Below, in pieces: positions 26,161 through 42,643 of a stretch of DNA of 64,000 nucleotides. Below the pieces are notes generated by a model. That model was not told where the DNA came from. It saw only the letters and a program-made list of their open reading frames with translations, and did not search any database. The stretch lies in assembly GCF_009914755.1 (NCBI RefSeq), contig NC_060945.1; one strand, 5' to 3'. The position numbers and the translations under genes are program-made. The DNA is from the human T2T-CHM13v2.0 reference genome, Homo sapiens. Positions within the stretch are counted from its first letter, which is position 1; the number at the start of each line of letters is the position of its first letter.

Positions 26161-27309
26161 TTTCTCATATTTCTTTTTGAGCCATGTTAGTGTTATCCAG
26201 TACAAAGAAACACACACATGCACACCACCTAGAGACCTATTGTCATGGTTCAAACATCTTAGGATATAGAGATCATGACCAAACAATATTGGAAACTCTT
26301 ACTAAAGTAAGTAGGCTTTATGATTAGTAAACTGGGCATTTTCTTTGATCCTCTGACAGAGGAGATGACTTTTGCTCCTCAATGATTGGGTTGAATGCTA
26401 TGCCAGGTGCCTTCGGTCATACAGAGTGGTATTGACAGAGGGTTTCATGGCTCCTAGAACCACAAGAAAGCCATCCACTAAAACATCTGTACCAGGGAGG
26501 TGTTGTCAGAAGACAGAAAGGAAAATAACAGTAAAGAACATAAAAGAGTAGCCATAAATAAGAGGAAGTTGCACGAGTAAGTCAGGTGAATGGTTTTTAA
26601 TCCGGCTTGGACGGCAAGCTTGAAAAAAAAAAAACACAAAAAATGACCCAGTCCAGAGCATCAGATTTTATTTACATAAATATCAAAAAAAGATTATGTT
26701 AAAATGATAAAAATTATTTAATTTAAAAGCATTTTGTAAAATCTGGAAGATATATGCTAAGTGAACTTGTGGTTTGTTAATACCCTTTGCTTGGGGATTT
26801 TTCTACTCCACAATTTATGAAAAGTCCCAAATATTCTCTAATGGGATTTTTAGCCCAGTCGGTTGGAAAGCACAAAACTATCTCTGGGGATTTATCCACT
26901 GCACCCATTAGAGGCTCTGTACACTCTTCCAGCTGATCATAAAGGCCTTGAGTACTGAGCATTACCAAGGGACACCCAGTCCATTCCTGGCGTCCTGGTG
27001 TCCTTTTTTCTTTTCTGTGTTCTTAGTGTGAGGTCCTAAGGTGATGTGTATGGCAAGAATGGGACTAAGAAGACCTTGACTGAAACCGCAGCTCAGCCCT
27101 GAAACTGACTGACCTTGGGCGAGTTCCTCAATCTCGGTGCCCTGTTGCCTCTCATTTGGAAAATTCAATTGCCTACTTTACAGGATTGTTGTACCTTCTG
27201 GATTTAATAACTTGTGAAAATAATATACATATGAGAGATTCTCAAAAAGACTTCTTGGATAGGTGAAAATGAAACTGAAAAATCAGAGAATAAAAAATGG
27301 TGTTCCTCT

Positions 27310-27460
27310 ATTCAGAAGTTGTTCTAAAACTTTGGTGAGCATAAAATATCACCTAAGCAGCTTTTGAAATGATGTCCATTCTAGAAATTTTGATTGAGTA
27401 AGTCTGGATTAAGCAAGCATTACTAATCATGGAACCACACATTGGGAAATACCGCTTTAG
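27310..27460. mobile_element. MER5A-like DNA transposon remnant
   Basis: GTTCTAAAACTTTGGTGAGCATAAAATATCACCT ... GAACCACACATTGGGAAATACCG resembles MER5A. Confidence 0.5.
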
Positions 27461-28331
27461 AACATAGTATTCTATCAAAATTGTAAAACAAATATTGGTT
27501 TTATTTGAAAACATTACATGAAGTGATTCTTTCTTTAATGACATGTCTCTCACTTAAGTGTTCAGGTTTATAAGGCCTCTGATTCTCAATTAGAATGAGT
27601 TCCCTATATCCCCCTCATAAATAGAACTATATCAACCTTTCACATCTAAGCAGCACTGAGCTCTAATAAGTGTGCCACTGTATGACAGCCAAGTGTGGAA
27701 AGGCGACTGGAAAAACACCACATATTATTTCTTGCCTATTTATTTTAAAACTGAGTAATAAAAGGTGTTCAGCATTTTGCCATATAAGGTACTAAGTTCG
27801 GAAATATTTTCACGGGAATCAGGTCTTCCCCCCAGTGATGGCTTAATATAATCCACAAGTACTCTTCATTCCTTCATAAAGTTGATCCATGGATATTTAT
27901 TCATAGAAGAGGTCTTAGTGGTCATCTAGTACTATCCATTTATTTTACAGCTAAAGAAACCCCAGCTAATGTCAGCTGGCTTGTCCTCCAACCCAGAATC
28001 TTCACAAATGAAGAAGTTTCCCTCCCAAGGGAAGCCTAATTAAGAGCCAAGTCTACACTCAGAAAGATTTCTCCACTGAAACTAACTTTGCTATCCAGTG
28101 TTAAAAGGGAATCTAGTGTCTTAAATCATAGTATTAGTAGTAATTCCTTCATGTAAATAAATGCACAACATTTGGGTTAACCTCCTTCATAGTATCTTAC
28201 TGATTGATAATATAAGAAAGCAGGATGACAGATTCATTTCACACAAAAATGCACTCCTTCAAAATAACAAAATTAACCAGAATTCATTTTACTTCAGATC
28301 CTGAAAGTCCAGCATTAAAAAACATTAAAAA

Positions 28332-28630
28332 GGCTAGGCATAGTAGCTTCATGCCTATAATCTCAGCAGTTTGGGAGGCTGGAAAGAGGATCACTTGAAT
28401 CCAGGAGTTCAAGACCAGCCTAGGCAACATAGCAATACCTCATTTCTATTTTAAAAAAAAATAAAAATAGCTAGGCGTGTTGTTGCATGCCTATAGTCCT
28501 GTCTACTTGGGAGGCTGAGGTGGGAGGATGGCTTGAGCCCAGAAGATAGAGGCTGCAGTGAGCTGTGACCGCACTACTGCAGTGCAGCCTGGGCAACAGA
28601 GCAAGACCCTATCTCTAAACAAAAACAAAA
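28332..28630 (+). mobile_element. AluJ-like element
   Basis: Dimer with J-type GGATGGCTTGAGCCCAG...GAGGCTGCAGTGAGCTGTGA. Confidence 0.9.
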
Positions 28631-28711
28631 TGCATTTAAAAGTTACTTCTTCTGAAAAGATAATTCTCTTCCACATTACACAGTAAAATAAATGAATTCA
28701 TTTTGGCTGAC

Positions 28712-28763
28712 TGCTGTTTTGGGTTATTTCCCCATTTTGCTGTTTTGGGTTATTTCCCCAATT
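28712..28763. repeat. 26-bp tandem duplication
   Basis: TGCTGTTTTGGGTTATTTCCCCA(T/A)TT x2. Confidence 0.9.
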
Positions 28764-31700
28764 TCCTTAGATGTGTACAAAAAAATTAGTGCTGATGATA
28801 TTTTTAATCTTAACCCTCATCTGCTTTTTTGATAGATTTTTTTCCCAGATTTTTTCTGTTAACCCAAGCCCACACAGCCAGCAAAACTCCCAAGAACTCT
28901 TGCAACCAATTTTTCCTTTTCAATTGTATAAAGCTTTGAAAGTTATTGATTCTGCAAATGTGAAAAATTAACTTATCAAAAAATAGCACACATAAAATGG
29001 GAACTGACCAAAGAAACACAAAGAATATTGTTTTAACTGGAAGTTCTATCATTAACTGCTACAACTACTGTATTCCTGATATGGCTTTTTGCAATATATT
29101 TATCACTATATGGGAACGATTTAATCTGCTCCATAGAGAGAGCAGTAGGAGCTCTCAGTGGCCTCAAAATATGATGGTTCTTACCAAAAACAACGAATCT
29201 AAATTTCTTGCAGATGGTAGGCCTAACTTTTTTTTTTCTAAAAGGAAATAACTCTCCTCTAAAAGTCAAATTTGTTTTTAAAACTGTGGTGTCTTTAACC
29301 ACTTTCCCCCCCCCAGTTTTTCACTTGACACCTTGTCATGAGTTACAGTGGCTTGCATCAATCATTCTGGGTTCACACAGAAAATATTTTGTGGTGGTTG
29401 ACTATCACATGCGAGAAACTAAGTGCCCTTTGCGGGTGACTGCGCAGGTACCTCTGATTTCTTGCCAAATCATTCAGAATGCCGCAAGTCCATTAAATCT
29501 CTCCACAGGGAGGAAAAAGTTCCCGCATTCTAGAGAGAGAATTTATGAGTTCATTTCAATCACCACAAATGAAAGCCACCCTTAATATTCATTAGAGATT
29601 TTACAGTGGCAATATGCATTATCTATTCATATGCCCCTCTAAAAGGCCAATTTCCCTTGAAACCTTGCATGGCTCCAAGCCACTCTTTGTAGAAACAATG
29701 GCCTATGTCCAAGTGGAATCAGGGGAGGCAAATGGATGACATTTCCTTATCCATTGGTAGTAATTCCACTAAGCCACTATGGTGGCTATGAGTTTCTGAG
29801 CTTTAAAAATTAAAGGACAGATTTGGAATGTGCAGTCGTGTCATTGTATCACTTCTCTGCTGTCATCTGTGACCATATGTCCTAAATTGAATAGAGCTTT
29901 TCGGTTGGCATCACAAGAGATGACTTTTGAAACTGACATTTCTTTCATTTGGAGAAATGTATATGTTGGAGACATAATCCTATGAGCCTGAGAGCTTTTC
30001 ATTAATCTCTGTCTTTCTACCACCATAGTTCACGCCACCATCATCTTTCATCTATTTTTCCCTTCAAATCTATTTTCTTCACTGTATGTAGAGTGATCTT
30101 TCCAAAATATCAACTCAAGCCTCATATCCTCAACAAATCAACAAGAAATATCAAAATAAGCCCTTGGCTTAAAACAGTTCTTGCTTAGCTTCCTCATTGC
30201 TTTTAGGGAAGACACAGCAAAACAGCATAACCTGTAAGACCATATGTGGTCTGACTCCTTCCTCAGGCTTACCTTATCCCACATCTCCGTGTTTTCTCTC
30301 CCAGCTATTATGAATTCTCATTGTCCTTATTATCAGTTAGTTAACTCTTCTCTTCCATCACATTTGAACTCTATCATCACTACCCATGAAAGCATTTTCT
30401 GACTCCTCGCCTATTATTGGCCTTCACAGAACCATGTAACAATCATAGCTCTTATCAAAGCTGGCATTTCATGTTTATTTATGTGATTAAATATATTTTT
30501 GTTTCTAATTAGACTATAAGGTTCACAATAATCTGTTTCTACCCAACAGTTTATCCTCCTTAACTGGCATGATGTAAATACTCAAAACAAATTGTTGAGT
30601 AAATGAATAAATCAGTTCTTGATTTTAACGTATCTTGTGCCCTGGATAAAAAATCCTTTCTATGAGTGAGACATGGGCTTCCACTGGGGTTGGGCTTGAG
30701 GTGAGCTGCAATAAAGCCATATTTCTAATCCAATTATTCATCACTATGGTTGTATTTAATAGCTGGGAACCATGAGATGCATAAAGATCTTACACTGAAT
30801 ATTCATAAGGGTTTTTAGAGTGAATTCAACCACTTGCTTTACAACTTCCCAGGAAGGAGAGGGAACATGAATTTCTTTCCTTCATTTTTCATTCTTTCTG
30901 AAAAAGGTGGTTATGACTGAGCGATATATTATGACTTTGAAATAAAATATCATGAAATGCATATGTGATGTGGCTACTATAAAATATATGAGAAGAGTTT
31001 TAAAAAGGTAACATCATTTTACATATGCAAGACACTGTCAATACAGTCACAATTCGGGAGGTCAGAAAAGGGCAACGGTGATGCCAGCATGTGCACTCCA
31101 GCCTCTTCTTCTTTTTGTCTGTTTTCCCCAGTCTCTCACAGGCATGGGGTCAGTAGAGTACCCCCAAGAAGCTAAAAGTAAACTCTCACCCGTTGCTCAC
31201 TGTATACATTTCAGTGAGTTAGCTCCAGCTTTCTTAGTTCCAGGGAGATAATTGGGCAAACTATATGAAATAATCTTAAAAACTACTGGAAACCAGTAAT
31301 GTAAATTCAGTGCAACATTTTCTCGTGTAATACAGAATTGTTGATGGTGACATCCTAATGCAAGAACCTGTCTTTGTCACCATTGTGGCCACACAGCTCA
31401 GGGAAATACCTGATATATCATCGACATTATGCTGTTGTTACTGAATGACAAATAATTAGAAACATATAATAATAAATTATAATTAAATGATAAAAATTTC
31501 CCTTGAAAATAATAGCTTTTCTTCATTAAGTTCCAATTAGGTGTCAGGTACAGTTAAAGATGTTACATACATTATCTAGTCCAATTCTTACTAGAATTCC
31601 ACAAAGAAATCTTTGTGTTTTCCATTTGGTAGATAAGAAACTGAAACTCTGAGAAACGAAGTGACTTAACAGTTACACAGACAGTAAATGGTGAGGCCAC

Positions 31701-34700
31701 AGTTGAAGTCCAGGCTTATTTGACTCATGGAGTTTCCACCATATGCTGCTTCTCTTTACTGCCATGGTTATTTATAGATCTACTGCAAAATTTAAAGACA
31801 ACTTAGTGATGGGAAAAGTCAGGACTAAGAGTTAGGAGGATTATGTTCAGCATCAGCTCTGCCATCATGTGCTGTTTGGGATCTCAGGTAATTCACTTAA
31901 TCTTCATGCACCTCAATTTCTCTATCTGTAAAATGGCAGTAATGCTTTGCCTAATTCCTAGAGCTAGTAGAAGAGCAAATGTGAGAAAAGTTATATTGCA
32001 CCTTGAAGGCAGGGTCTCTAATTATCAAGCTGTTAAACCCTTACTTTTAATTAGCCCTTTCACATCCAAGGTGTCATTTCATACTGCAAGCTGGGAGCTG
32101 ATGTCTCCATTTTTATAGATGAGATAAGTAAAGGTAAGTTACTAGCCTAGTCTCAAAAATTACAAAGCCATGATCTTTGCAGAAAAACTTTGGATTATAT
32201 GTAGATTTCAGCTTAAAATCCTGCTCTGCCACCTGCATAAATCGGTTATCCTCTTTGAGCTTCAGATTTCTACATATAAAATAGAAATAATGATACCATG
32301 ATACTGTCTTACTGAATCATAACACAATTAAAAGAATACATAAAATTACCTGAAATAAAGTCAAGTGCTAAGTCAATGGTGACCATGATTATCACAATGT
32401 GTCTCTGTGCTGAAAACAAGATTTCAAAGGCATGAACCACTCAAGGTGGCACCTAGTGTGTATGTGATGATGGGTGGGAGTCAGGGTGATGGTGGCAAAA
32501 GCAGATGTCTCTCTCCAACCAAGCACTCTTTATACCGCACAGACCCTGATCTTCTGCTCCCTTCTACAGTCTTACTTAAACTTCACCCATCCATTTTTTC
32601 AAAGCAGACTTTACTCCTCTGAAATAGCATTTAAAAGGATTTTTAAAGTACTTCTTGTTAGAATGGTGAGAGCTCCTGAGAATGAAAATGGAAATTCTGG
32701 TTCATGAAGAAGTTTCTGTAGCCCTGAAGTGAATTCATATGCATACTTGCTGGTTCTGACTTACATTGTTTAAGTCATGGCTGATGCATCCAGAGACCAT
32801 GAGGGAGAGAGAAAGGAGATGGCATAGAGGAAGTATAGTTGTTCAGAAATCAAAACAAAAACAAAAACAAAACCCTAAACCTAAACCAGCTGAGGTAAAG
32901 GTAAAAAATGTAGAAATACGGCCAACAGGCATCATCTGAAGAAAATTGCTTTGAAAAATTAGAAAGAAACCTTTATATACAAAACTTTTTCTGCACATAT
33001 AATTTATCTTCCTCATTGTATCCTTATGACCCAAACTATTGAAGACAGCAAGGATCTTAAAAATCATTGACATTCTCCTCCATTCCAAAGATGAGGAGGT
33101 AGAAGCCCATGGAGATTAGGCAATTTGATCCAAAGAGATCCTACTATGACAGAGCTAAGCTCATAGCTGACTCTTCTGGCTTTGAGCAGTATTCCCTTAA
33201 GGGTATAACACAGCTTCTAACACACCATGCTACACATGCAAAATATGTCTTTTCTATAGTTTGCTTAGCAGTATTTGAATTATGAACATATTTCTTTGCA
33301 ATAAAAGAAAATTTGGCAACACTTGGAGCATTTGCCAAGGCTCATTATATGTTCTAATGAGCTCCTTCAAATGTTCTAACATTCAGGCTTCTCTCCTGCC
33401 AAAGATTGATGTCCAGCTTTGGTGATTTGCTTCCTTCTGTTGGAGCATGCAAGAGAGGCTCTAAGTAAAAAGGACATTTAGGTCTTTCATGGCTAATAAG
33501 CATATTGGGCCCCCACCTCAGATTGTCCATAATTGTCTTCCTCCTTCTATTTGAGAATCCAGTGAAACGTATTCCAACTGTCTTGTGAAAGCCAAAATGT
33601 AGTTATACTTGATTATCATGGATCTTATTTCATGATCATAGGAACTAATCTAAATTACAAATGTTTTATGATAACTTTAGGAAGATTTTACTATAAGGAA
33701 TATCAATTCAACTTTCTCCTTAATATGATGCCTTTGAGTAAACAAGCACAGAGTGAAAACACATGAAGAGAGAAAAGGAGCAAAATCCTTAGGGTAATTC
33801 ATGAAGAAGAGGGATTCTTGGTTTCCATAACAATTCTATAACTAGATCACAGGACTATTGTTTTCACATATGCATGAAGTTTGTGTAATTGGGAAAAGCC
33901 AAACATCAACCCAAATAATTTGACTGGTTTGAATGCTACATTGCTGTGTCTCAAAAGTCTATTTTAATATTACCTCTATTTATCCTGGGTTTCTAGACTA
34001 ATACTTCACACTTACAGAGAAATTACATTTTCTCATTTTATCTTTATTTTTATTGTAAAATGTTTTATTGGAAAAGACACTTAAACATTTTATGCACATT
34101 TATGATTTACTTCATATTCAACCTAAGGAATTTCCATAAACCTGACATCTTCTACTATTATAATATCTCATATTTTATGTGTTTATTCTACAAGCTCTTC
34201 TTTATCTAATAAAAAATGTGTTTGCATGTCTGGCGAGACCTTTTTTCAGGCTTATTTTATATACAGGTACTACAAAGTGTTTGCCATATTATTGAATTTT
34301 TACACCAAAAATTGCTATTACTTATTCTTCCGTTTTACCGTTTTCTTTTAATAAGATCACGTAAACTCTCTTGTCCACCCCTTCTCCTAACACACATGCA
34401 TACTTCTAAGCTCTCAAGTTCATAGACTGGATGGCTTAGGAGGCACCTTACGTGACTTTGCTAAATGAGTGAATGAATGGATAAATGAATGAATAAGCCA
34501 TGCAGAATCTCCTAATTTTCAAATTCTTCTCTTGGGTAAATGCTGATTCTCCTAGCATCAAATATTAAATTGGTCATAATTAAAATTTCATCATGTAAAA
34601 TTGTCATAATTAATGATTATTTTCTTGCTCACCTTAAGTTTATAAAATTATTTTTAGAATCTTTATTGTCAAGTATATTAATTTTAGCACAGACTGTAGT

Positions 34701-36354
34701 GAGTATAGATATGTTTTGGCATTTTTGCATCACATTTTCCTATTTATCTTTTCAAAATTCTCAGTCCAGATTACCATTTATGATGCTTTCTTTTCCATAA
34801 GTGGTCCAAACACATTTGCTGAAACTTTTTACCTTTCCATCCCACAATAATTCCACTGCAAAAAAGTAAATTTAAAGCTGTTCCAACAACTGATTTTTGA
34901 CGTTGGAGATGAAACACAAGGATGTTAAATTATGAGGAATTATGCATTGATAGTTCATAGTCTACCTTCTTCCGGGTGAGTGTGTGAGCTTTCTTCTTAG
35001 TATGTCTTATTATTTACCAGGTCCAAAAATAATACTACTCACCACAAATGGGAACACAGAGGTTTTTTGGCAGGAGCCTAACATCACTAAAGCACAAAGA
35101 AAATGAGAATGGAATCCGTGAATTGTTTTTCCTTTTTCCTAAACCATGTGCCTCCTTACTCACTGTCTTTTTACTGGTCCTCTCTAGCCTTAATTCTTTC
35201 TTTGCATATGTCTATTTTTCAAAGTCTACATCATGGATTCTTACTCATTCACCTACACTTTTAAACTTCACTACTGTTTATCAAATAGGTAGAGAAGAAA
35301 AGAAAGGCCAAAATGAGGAAATAGTATGAAGATGTGAAGATGGAAAAAAATATCATTGTGCTTGATGAAAGGATGATACTCACTTTGTCTGCAGTAAAGA
35401 GTGTGTAAAAAAGACCTGTGTGCATCTGGTTAGAAGGAAGATTAGGTGAATGAGTTTAGATTTGACCCTGTAGGTTGTGGGGGAGGCGTTTAAAGGTTTG
35501 TGAGGGGAGCAGGGACATTATTAGATTTGAGCTTCAGGATCATTAATCAGGGTAGCATTTATCAGTTAGAATAGTCAAGAAAATTAATCTGTTAGATTAA
35601 TCTGATAATGGTGTGTCATGTTGATTGAAGGGGGAAGACCAGGGTCAGAGAGACCGAGGGAGACTGCCAAGGGAGAGAATAGAGAGACAAAATGGAGGAC
35701 AGGCACAGACAGCTTATCCCGGTTAAGCTGTCTGTCTCCAGTTACCTCGTCTGTCTCCCAGAGACCTCTGGTTTTCTTGAGACATATTAAAACTTTTATA
35801 CAACTCAACAGTGAAGCTGTGTATCCTAAGAGCACTTTCCCATGTCAATAATTAGCATCCACTGCTGCACGTTTGAACTGAAAGAATTGTAAAACCTTTT
35901 GTTACTCTATTTATTGGTGAACATTAGCAGACCACCTGTTCCTCCAACTGAAACAGTTGCGTAAAGAATTTTTCCATCATCCACACGGTTTGTCACCATT
36001 GTGATGAGTTCATACAAGATTCCAAAAAAAGTCTCATACTTGCCTTAGATACCTTTAAGTACAGCTTTGTTTATGTTCTCACCTTCAGATGCTGTATATC
36101 AACTACACTCATTTTTCTTTGATTTTTGTTATATGATTCTGTCTCTCACTATTACAATTTTTCTCACTATACTGTTTGAATTCTTCTGTAAGCAGGTCTC
36201 TGTTCTGTTCTTTTGGGTCTTTGACTTTGCCTCTTCCTGAAAGATCTTTTGTTACTGTCACTTTTTAAACATTTTCACACTATATAAAATGGGTTTGAAA
36301 ATATTTTAGAAATTTGAGAGGAGGAATGGATATTTGCTCCTTGTTTATGTCTAG

Positions 36355-36728
<374 letters not shown>

Positions 36729-37772
36729 CCATTTCTTAATCTTATAAAAATAATTTGTTTATCCTTATAAATCTGAAAAAGTCTCCCAGATTTTGAAAAA
36801 TATATGTGTTATTATAAAAACATATGAAAGGAAGACTTTGTCTCCTTCACAGCCCACAAACTCTATCCTTTCTTACCCTCATTCCCTACCAAGCCTATGG
36901 CTCATTTTCCTCCTTTTGTTAAGATGTTCCATGCTCTTAGCTTACAGAGCTTCGTAAGTACTCTTCAGTTATTCTTCTTATAAATTGATTTGAAACACTT
37001 GGCTTCAAAGATTATTTTTGGTCACCTCGACTATTCCCTTTCTTAAGATGCAGCTGAAATCCCCTCTCAACACCACTCATCTCAGATGTTAGAAAAGATC
37101 ATCATCCTTGGTTTTTCCTTTCCCATTTCTCTTGTGGAGTATACCCTTTCATAAATCTGATCTTTTACCTTTCTCAATTTATATCAATTCCATAATCACA
37201 AATATTTCTTCACTCCCTGATCCCACAGACACTACAAACAACTTAACTTCATGTTAAACATCTCTGTATCTCATTTTCTGTTGACTTCTGTGAAGAGCCC
37301 TTGACAAATAATACATTTCCCTGTCTGATTCCGTTTGTTTATAGTATCTCAACGGAATAAAATGTTCCAATCTTACAGACCTCTGGGTGCTTTGATTTTT
37401 GCAATAAATATTACTTACTATAGATGAATCCCAACACTATTTCACTAAATTTTTCTAATAGATATTAATAACCTTGCTTAACTACTGGGTGTTTTTGGTA
37501 TGCAAAGAGTTACTCAGAGGAAAGAGAGTGAGTAGGACTGAAACCACCTTACAGAGTTGGAATTAGTGGGTGAAAGAGGGTAAGGAGTTTACTCAAGCAC
37601 ACTCTGCCGGCAATGTCGGAGCTGCATTAAATCCATCAGCACCCACCTTGAGAGTGGGAGGCTACAGTGGGCTTAGCAGGAAGCATATCTGGGTGAACAA
37701 GGACTTCCTCAAAGATGAGTTAATTTCAGGCCACCTAAAAACTCTGATGTAATAATAGAATCAAAGACACCA

Positions 37773-38018
<246 letters not shown>

Positions 38019-38676
38019 GACACAAGAATGTACTATTCCTAAAATTTTTGAAGTCAAGGAGAAACTAGTGTCCTTGTAGATTAGATTCATTTCCCATGAA
38101 ATGTGGGGTTTAGGCCCAGCTCCATCATATCTGCATATCTTGGCACGTATATTTTTAAAAATATAATCACACTCTTACCCTTTTAAATTGCAAAAATGTC
38201 GCCTCTGACTACCTGCCATTAATAGTAAGTAACATTCATTACAGAAGCACATCTTTTCAAACCCCAACACTGCCTCCTTTACATTCTATAATATGAAAGT
38301 TAAATAACCTAAATAATAACCCTGCAATTACTATTGAAAAAAATACCAGCTATGCTAAAATGAAACTGGATATTTTTCACTTGTTGTTGTTATAGAATAT
38401 ATGTGTAGAATACAAAAATAATAATTTGCACTCATCCAACTTCTTTCACTTTAGTGTCTCAAATCCCGGAGTGTAAGTGGTCTCATTAAGTTTACCAAAC
38501 CAATTTAACTCTAACATGCTCTTGAACCCTCTCTCCAAGTCCACTGAGGCTTTTCTGTCACGAATGCTGAACAATATCATCTGAAATTCTGAGCATTCTG
38601 TAGATATGTTTGACCTTCTGCAGATAAAACTCACTTAATCGTTAAGTTATATATTAAAATAGACAAAACTACCTAA

Positions 38677-39186
<510 letters not shown>

Positions 39187-40639
39187 TAATTCCAGCACAA
39201 GTGGAGTATGGTTAAGTTCCATGAAGATGAGGGCAGTGTAGATATCATTTAGCTCTGTATCTCCAGTGCCTGATATTGTGAATAGCAAATAGTAGGTTGG
39301 CAGGATGTGTTTCATGGATATGGAATGAAAGAATAATGCCCTCAAATAATGTAGAAGTTCAAAGGAAGGAGGGACTACTTCTGCCTGGTGTTACTCAGAA
39401 AAGCTTTCTAGATGATGAAGTATTTGATCTGAGTCTAAGGGATGATGGGATGGGTTCTAACAGAGAGAATTCACATATCAGGCAGAGGCCATCACACTGT
39501 CACAAAGATAGAGGGAAGAAAGTGTGAGACAGCCTTTAGGAATAGCAAATCATTCAGTTTGGCAGTTCGGCATAGGAAATCAATAAGGTGGGGGTAGTGC
39601 ACAGATAAGACTGAAAAATTAGATTGAGTCCAGACTGATGAAATCCAGAAATGCCAAGTTAGGGAGTCCAGATTTTATTCTTGAAGAAAACTCTGACTAT
39701 TTGTGTTCAGATGCCTATACAACAGCTTAGCCACTTGCCAAGGAGTCATCAGCCTTGATCCTGCTTCTGAAGATATCAGAGGGAGTCATCAGAAGCACGT
39801 CCTAATTATATTACCAGCTACTCTCCAAGAAGCTACTCTAAGAGAAAACCTGCAAAGTGCAGCAGTCCCAGAAAAGAAGATGAAGATTAAAGAAGAAGGA
39901 GGATATTTAGAAATGATTAATGTTGGTCAGTTTCATCAGTTCTAAGTCTGTTATCAGATACCTGTTATATTTACTATGGCACTTTGAACACAAGTTACTT
40001 TAATTCTAGTCTTTGCAGACTTAATGCACAAATCTTAAAAGGCAAAAAAAGTTCCAAGAGAAAATATGCCTTTTAAGAGACCTCTAAATATGTTATAAAA
40101 TGTAGCTTCTGTCTAAGAAGAGACTGATTCTTTGAGGAAAATGGTAGAGAGTAGGCTCCCTGGATACACAAAATTGTCCCATTCATTCACTGAAAACACA
40201 CATGACCAGAGGAGCTGTAGGTAAAGTTATAAAACATGCCTTGAGCAATTTACAATGAAATTGAAAAAAAAGTACCACTCTTAAGTACTAGAAGATTTAT
40301 AATATTTGACTTTAGCTTCTTGACTATTTCCATTTTTTAGTTAAGAAAGTTAAGATTAAAAGGTTTAAATAACTTATCCAAGCCCAAAAAAAAAGTAGCA
40401 CAGCCAGAATCCATCCAAATTTGTTTGACTCCAGAGAGCATACTCTTTCTCACGTATCACATAATAGCCTTAGAGTCTGCCCTCGTATATGGAAAACACT
40501 CTAATGTAGTAGCTAAAAGCAGGAGCTCTAGCTAAAAGCAAGACCTAGGTTATAGGTCTTGGCTCTACCTCCTGTTAGCTGTCTGACTTTGCACCTGTTA
40601 CCAACTTTTTGTGCCTCCATTTTCTCAACTGTAAAATGA

Positions 40640-40966
<327 letters not shown>

Positions 40967-41442
40967 AAAAATAATATTTCTTAAGGTAATATTTCATAAT
41001 GTAAGTCCTTACCTTATAGAGTTGATGTGAGATTTAAATGAGATAATACATATAAAATGCTTAGGAAAATGGCAGGCCCAAATAAAATGCTCATTAAAAT
41101 TAGCTATTATTTTTCAGTGAAATTTCATTATAATTGCAATAATTTAGACAGTTCACTTCACATTTTCTTGATCTCAGTCAACACACGAAGTCTTCCTTCA
41201 ATCAAAAAGAAATCCCTGGAAAAATTTTATGCAGTCATTAATTTGTACACAAAGGAATATATGAAATGTTAATATGGGTAAAAGTCACAAGAGTTTGGTT
41301 GCTTTTTGGAAAGACAACTCTTGCTCTGGTAACTTTTCTGAAACTGATAAATTTCACTGATTAGCACTTTTGCTATCTGTTTCTTTCCCGACAGTACAAA
41401 ACCCCAGATAAGATGACACATTTCCGTAGTCTGCAAACTTAC

Positions 41443-41795
41443 CCATGAATGTAGGAGATCCATATCTGAGCAGGAAGACTTGAGACGTGTGTGGCGAATA
41501 CAAGAGGAGCAGTGGTCCCAGGGTCCAACTTGTGCTATTTGGAAATCAAGACATGTCCAGAGAGGGTTTTCAGGAAAAAGCTTCCAGTGATGCCACATGT
41601 AAGCTTCACCTTCATACCAAGCTAATTTATCTTCCAAGTTGCAGTCATTTAAAGTGCTGGATCTACCCAGTGATGCAGAAAGAGTATCCAATCTAATCTC
41701 CATTTCTTCCTTCCTCCTCGTGCTAACACTATTCACTTTCTTTTCTCGGGACTTGGTTAATTTCAAACAAGAAATCAACGTGTCATCTTCATCTT
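41443..41795 (-). CDS. SAMSN1: SAMSN1 upstream coding exon, 353 nt, phase 1 to 0. The internal ATG at 41703 (MEIRLDTLS...DLLHSW, 87 codons) starts the alternative N-terminal isoform
   Basis: Acceptor tttctttgtcattcag|AAGATG and donor TCATGG|gtaagt. Open across the whole exon (ORF 41269-41778 frame). The peptide matches the alternative SAMSN1 N-terminus as I recall it. Ends in phase 0, like exon 1. Confidence 0.9.
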
Positions 41796-42643
41796 CTGAA
41801 TGACAAAGAAATAGGTTAAAAACTATGATTATAATTCTTCACATATAGGAATTATTCTTCCATTTATATAAGAGAAATAAATACACTGCAATGGATAAAC
41901 CAAGAAGTCATTCAATTTTATAAAATTATTTACAGCAGCATTTATTTAAAAAGCAAGTTATTTTGCTATATAAAATTTTTTGTTTTGTAAAAGTCGCATT
42001 TTTCTGACATTTTTGAAACCATAACAATTGATTAAATTCTATCTCACTGGAAAGAATGGAGGCCACATACAAATAATATGCTGAAAGATATTTGAGAAAA
42101 AAATACAATTAAAAAACCCACCTCTTATGTTTCTATTCTTAAATATTTTTTTAATTTTTAAGGTCATGTGTATAATAAAGAATTATAAGGAAATAAATAA
42201 AATTATTTGCCTTACTTAAAAGAATAAAATCTCAGTGGTTTGGACTGAAATCCTACTGACATTCTGAAATTGTCTATTTTAATATCAATCTACCAAGAGA
42301 TGTATGGATGCAGTGTGTCTCACAGTGAAATGGTTTTCAAAAAACAAGAACGACAAAAATTTAAAAAAGCCATATCTGTAATACCATAAAGTTCATTTGT
42401 GAGATCTATATTTACACAATGTGGCAAAGACTCTGATGAAATTTCTAGTAATGTAGAAAACAGTTACAGAAAATAGAAATATATATCACCCAGAGTCAAT
42501 TGCTCTATGTCATGGAATCCCTTTAAATCCAAACGTTTAATGGGTATTTTTAAAAGAGTTCGATTACTTAAGGCATGCTATTATAAATAAATAAATGAAA
42601 ATCAAAGTTGCATGCCATGGACATACCAATTTGCTATGCTTAC

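Noticed and set aside
41269-41442. C-terminal part of the 169-aa ORF (VSLQTTEM...)
   Set aside because: Lies beyond the TGG|gtaagt donor and is intron read-through.
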